From an uncultured Fimbriimonadales bacterium (lineage in GTDB: Bacteria > Armatimonadota > Fimbriimonadia > Fimbriimonadales > GBS-DC), in assembly GCA_937992175.1 (NCBI GenBank), contig CALKLF010000030.1, forward strand, positions 1,367 through 65,366: a stretch of 64,000 nt of DNA. Reading direction: 5' to 3'. The first letter of the stretch is position 1. Every line of letters starts with the position of its first letter. The notes under the pieces are model-generated. The model was not told the DNA's origin, did no database searches, and saw only the letters and a program-made list of their open reading frames with translations. Positions 61,159 through 64,000 of this stretch are shown here, piece by piece. A program made the position numbers and the translations under genes.

Positions 61159-61251
61159 GCCAAGATTATACTGCGCAGTCCCTCACTTCGCCGTTCCCAA
61201 AGTGGTGTATAATACATGCAGGCAACTCTGCCGAAAGGAGGCTTTACGACG

Positions 61252-62595
61252 ATGCTGACACGAATTTTGTGGACTGTGGCGGCGACGGGCGCGCTGCTGA
61301 CGCTGGCGAATGCACAAAACATTCACCAGGAACAGGGTGATGCTGGCGACCTGCCTGAAACGGCTCAGGCGACTGGAACTGATACTTCAACGCCACTCGG
61401 CGCCATCCGCGGCTCGCTGGAAGCAGACGGCGTCGATATGTATGTCATCTACATAAGCGATCCGGCGAACTTCAGCGCGACGACGGTCAATGCAATCACC
61501 CCCTTCGACACCCAGCTCTGGCTGTTTGATGCGGATGGCAAGGGCGTGGTGTTCAACGATGACGAGGTGGGCAGCAACCTCAGTCGCTCGCGCATCGATA
61601 ACTCGACGGGCTGTCTGAACGGGCGTCGCGCAGGGATTTACTATATCGCCGTCTCGCGCTACAATCGCGATGCGGTGGGCTGCGAGGAGCGCCTCATCTG
61701 GAACGATACGCCGTTCCGTGCGGTGCGCTGTCCTGACGGACCTGAGGCAAACTCTCGCGTCGCGGGATGGACGGGTACGACCGCCTTCTCCGGCGACTAC
61801 GAGATTACCCTGACCGGCGCGTTCACGGCTCCTGCGCAATCGAATATCCCCCCGTGCCCGCCGTTTGATGGGTGGGACGAGACTGAAAACGGCGGCGGCG
61901 ACGCAGGAGACTTGCCCAGCAGCGCACAAATCATCCAGAGCAGTGACGCTCAACCGTGCCAGACCCCTGTGCGGCGCATTCGCGGGACGATGGGCGCGGA
62001 TGATGTGGATATGTATGTGATCTGCATCACAGATCCCAACCAGTTTTCCGCTAGTACCGTTGGTAGCACAGGCTGGGACACGCAGCTCTGGCTGTTCAAG
62101 TGCAACGGCAAGGGCGTGGTGCATAACGACGACAACCCTGACGCCGCTTCAGGGCTACAATCCAGGATCGACAACCGCACAGGCTGCATCCAGCAGGGCG
62201 GCGTCTATCTGCTGGCGATTAGCCGCTACAATCGCGACGCCGTAGCGGCGGACGGACAGCCTATCTGGGATCCTACGGGCGCAGGGCGCGGCGTGCGCTG
62301 TCCCGACGGCATCCGCGCAGATCAGCCGCTGGGCGGCTGGGCAGGCGCGACCTCCGCGGCGGGACGCTACATCATCAATCTCACGGGCGCCCACTTCGTC
62401 AGCGCAAACGGCTGCTGTGTCACGGCGGGCGGGGATGTGAACCTCGACGGCTGCGTGGACGACGCGGATCTGCTGGCGATCCTGTTTGCGTTCGGCAGCA
62501 CGGGCACTTTCCTGCCGGAGGATGTCACCTGCGACGGCGTGGTGGACGATGCGGATCTACTCACCGTGCTGTTCGCGTTTGGGCAGGGCTGCTGA
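61252..62595 (+). CDS. secreted protein with duplicated PPC-like domain and C-terminal dockerin-like double repeat
   Basis: AAGGAGG at 61235-61241, then ATG 61252. Signal MLTRILWTVAATGALLTLANAQ. Two ~115-aa internal repeats. C-terminus DVNLDGCVDDADLLAILFAFG...DVTCDGVVDDADLLTVLFAFGQGC. Confidence 0.8.
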   Translation: MLTRILWTVAATGALLTLANAQNIHQEQGDAGDLPETAQATGTDTSTPLGAIRGSLEADGVDMYVIYISDPANFSATTVNAITPFDTQLWLFDADGKGVVFNDDEVGSNLSRSRIDNSTGCLNGRRAGIYYIAVSRYNRDAVGCEERLIWNDTPFRAVRCPDGPEANSRVAGWTGTTAFSGDYEITLTGAFTAPAQSNIPPCPPFDGWDETENGGGDAGDLPSSAQIIQSSDAQPCQTPVRRIRGTMGADDVDMYVICITDPNQFSASTVGSTGWDTQLWLFKCNGKGVVHNDDNPDAASGLQSRIDNRTGCIQQGGVYLLAISRYNRDAVAADGQPIWDPTGAGRGVRCPDGIRADQPLGGWAGATSAAGRYIINLTGAHFVSANGCCVTAGGDVNLDGCVDDADLLAILFAFGSTGTFLPEDVTCDGVVDDADLLTVLFAFGQGC

Positions 62596-62618
62596 TAAAC
62601 GCTTGCAGACAGAGTGCA

Positions 62619-62645
62619 GGGGGCGCGTCTGCCGTACGCGCCCCC
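62619..62645 (+). terminator. GC-rich hairpin 3' of the 61252..62595 gene (no U-tract)
   Basis: gggggcgcg (62619-62627) / cgcgccccc (62637-62645), 9-bp stem. Confidence 0.35.
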
Positions 62646-62710
62646 GCCTCGCTCAGAGAGGGTGACTCTTCACGGGAGCCGCGCACATCACGGGTTGAGT
62701 CGGCAGGGAC

Positions 62711-62740
62711 TTGCACTACTGCGGGGAAGTATGCTATAAT
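62711..62740 (+). promoter_or_regulatory. sigma70-like promoter of the DUF1559 gene
   Basis: TTGCAC 62711-62716, 18-nt spacer, TGcTATAAT with -10 at 62735-62740. AGGAGG at 62746-62751 and ATG at 62762. Confidence 0.6.
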
Positions 62741-62761
62741 GTGGTAGGAGGTCTGGAATCT

Positions 62762-63736
62762 ATGAAACAGCGTGGTGGTTTCACCCTGATTGAGTTACTC
62801 GTAGTGATTGCGATTATCGCCATTTTAGCGGCGATATTGTTCCCCGTGTTTGCGCAGGCGCGTGAAAGCGCGCGGCAGACGACCTGTGTCTCTCGCTTCT
62901 ATCAAGTGGCGCGTGCGGTGGTGATGTACACCAGCGACTACGACACGACGCAGCCGCTGACGCAGTGGTTCGCCACGTTCGCGAACGACCCTGAAGAGGC
63001 GGAGTGTCAAGATCGGATTTTAGGGCAGCTGATTCGCCCATATGTGAAGGACTGGACGGTGTACCGTTGTCCTTCCGACCCGATGGCGACAGACGCGATT
63101 CTGGACGCCTGCCACTATGACGACGAGCGTCCGCCGACGCGCCAGTGCGCCCGTGAATACCGCTGGGCGCTCAAAACGAACCTCGGCTACAATTATGTGT
63201 ACCTTTCGCCGATTATGGTGGGCAACAGCTATCCCGGACGCAACGGTTGGTCGAATGTGCCTGCCACGGATGCGCGTATTAAAAACCCTGCGTCAACGGT
63301 TTTGTTTGTGGATAGCCTGTGGTTGCGCGACCCGCAGTCGCGTCAGCCGCAGTGCGGCGGCAACTGGATTGTGATGCCGCCCTGCCGCTGGTGGTACGAT
63401 GCCTCAGGGCGCGAGGTAGACACCTTCACGATTGTGCGCGAGGAATGCAGCAGCGGCCGCGCCTGGGGCTGGTACAGCTACCGCGGTCTAAGCTGTGGCA
63501 ACCGCTTGCCCGCCTGCTGGATGCTGGAAAACGCGCGCAACAGGTACACATGGTTGGAGTTCGGCGGCGCGTGGCCCTGGCATCGCGGCGAGCGGATGAC
63601 CGTCGCCTTCGTAGACGGACATACGAAATCCTACACGCCGCGCCAGCTGGCGCAAGGCTGCGAGCTGCAATCCATGTGCCGTGGTCGAATCATTGACCCG
63701 CAAGCGTACCTGTGGGATCTGGACGACTACTATTGA
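62762..63736 (+). CDS. DUF1559-type protein with prepilin N-terminal cleavage/methylation domain
   Basis: [35 protein letters not shown] and a C-terminal ...[11 protein letters not shown] (H-x9-DG-like) motif. Confidence 0.85.
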   Translation: MKQRGGFTLIELLVVIAIIAILAAILFPVFAQARESARQTTCVSRFYQVARAVVMYTSDYDTTQPLTQWFATFANDPEEAECQDRILGQLIRPYVKDWTVYRCPSDPMATDAILDACHYDDERPPTRQCAREYRWALKTNLGYNYVYLSPIMVGNSYPGRNGWSNVPATDARIKNPASTVLFVDSLWLRDPQSRQPQCGGNWIVMPPCRWWYDASGREVDTFTIVREECSSGRAWGWYSYRGLSCGNRLPACWMLENARNRYTWLEFGGAWPWHRGERMTVAFVDGHTKSYTPRQLAQGCELQSMCRGRIIDPQAYLWDLDDYY

Positions 63737-63748
63737 GGGAGCGTTCCT

Positions 63749-63970
63749 ATGGAAATCTCCAGACCTGTCGGGATAGGGATTATCGCGATTGCGGCGATTC
63801 TGGCGCTGGCAATTGTGTGGTATTTAACGATGGGCGGCGGCAGCGGCGCGTCAGGCACGGTTCGGGAAAGCGCGTATCCTGAGTATAAAGCGAACCCACC
63901 ATTGCCCGACAGCGAGCTGCAGGGTCCTGAGGCGCCACCGCCAATCGCGGGCGCAGGCGGCAGGCGCTGA
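63749..63970 (+). CDS. small membrane protein
   Basis: A 73-aa ORF with one TM helix (IGIIAIAAILALAIVWYL), 12 nt after the DUF1559 gene. Confidence 0.4.
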   Translation: MEISRPVGIGIIAIAAILALAIVWYLTMGGGSGASGTVRESAYPEYKANPPLPDSELQGPEAPPPIAGAGGRR

Positions 63971-64000
63971 ACGCCGCGGGTAAATCCTCGCTGTGCTCGG

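Noticed and set aside
61216-61251. ATG 61216 as the start of the PPC/dockerin protein (ORF-track start).
   Set aside because: It lies only 2 nt after TATAAT 61208-61213, so it would not be on the transcript. ATG 61252 has AAGGAGG at good spacing and begins a proper signal peptide.

Overview
High-GC bacterial chromosomal segment, roughly 60-65% G+C by eye. It is densely coded on both strands, and I call about 58 CDS. I saw no rRNA, tRNA or CRISPR array. All function calls rest on motifs read from the supplied translations; no searches were run.

Most of the window is housekeeping or envelope genes:
- fliW(partial)-csrA
- folK, folP, pyrC, ispDF, hpf, rodA, ribBA, mnmA, lysS
- type IV pilus / T2SS-like parts: a pilC-like gene, pilT, a five-gene pseudopilin operon and a DUF1559 pilin-like protein
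- five secreted proteins that share a C-terminal dockerin-like double repeat

The lineage looks Armatimonadota- or Planctomycetota-like (dockerin tails, DUF1559), but this is a low-confidence inference.

Main finding: one compositionally foreign low-GC islet at about 48.8-53.1 kb. It carries a tightly coupled three-gene minus-strand operon: a DndC/PAPS-reductase-like PP-loop enzyme, a NurA-like nuclease and a HerA-like ATPase. No other Dnd/Ssp partners, integrase or tRNA are present. I do not recognise this combination as a named system, so it is my top candidate for an undescribed DNA-modification or defence module.

Other observations:
- A recurring GGTATAAT(CCC) -10 box lies 6-10 nt upstream of start codons, which implies many leaderless mRNAs.
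- Several families of GC-rich hairpin (REP/MITE-like) repeats mostly sit directly after stop codons. One double copy is inserted in frame inside a CDS.
- Decayed accessory genes: a truncated VapC with an intact antitoxin-like ORF, DUF433 with an in-frame TGA, an N-terminal-only tricorn protease homologue and a possibly frameshifted TPR-like gene.
- ispDF has no canonical start codon.
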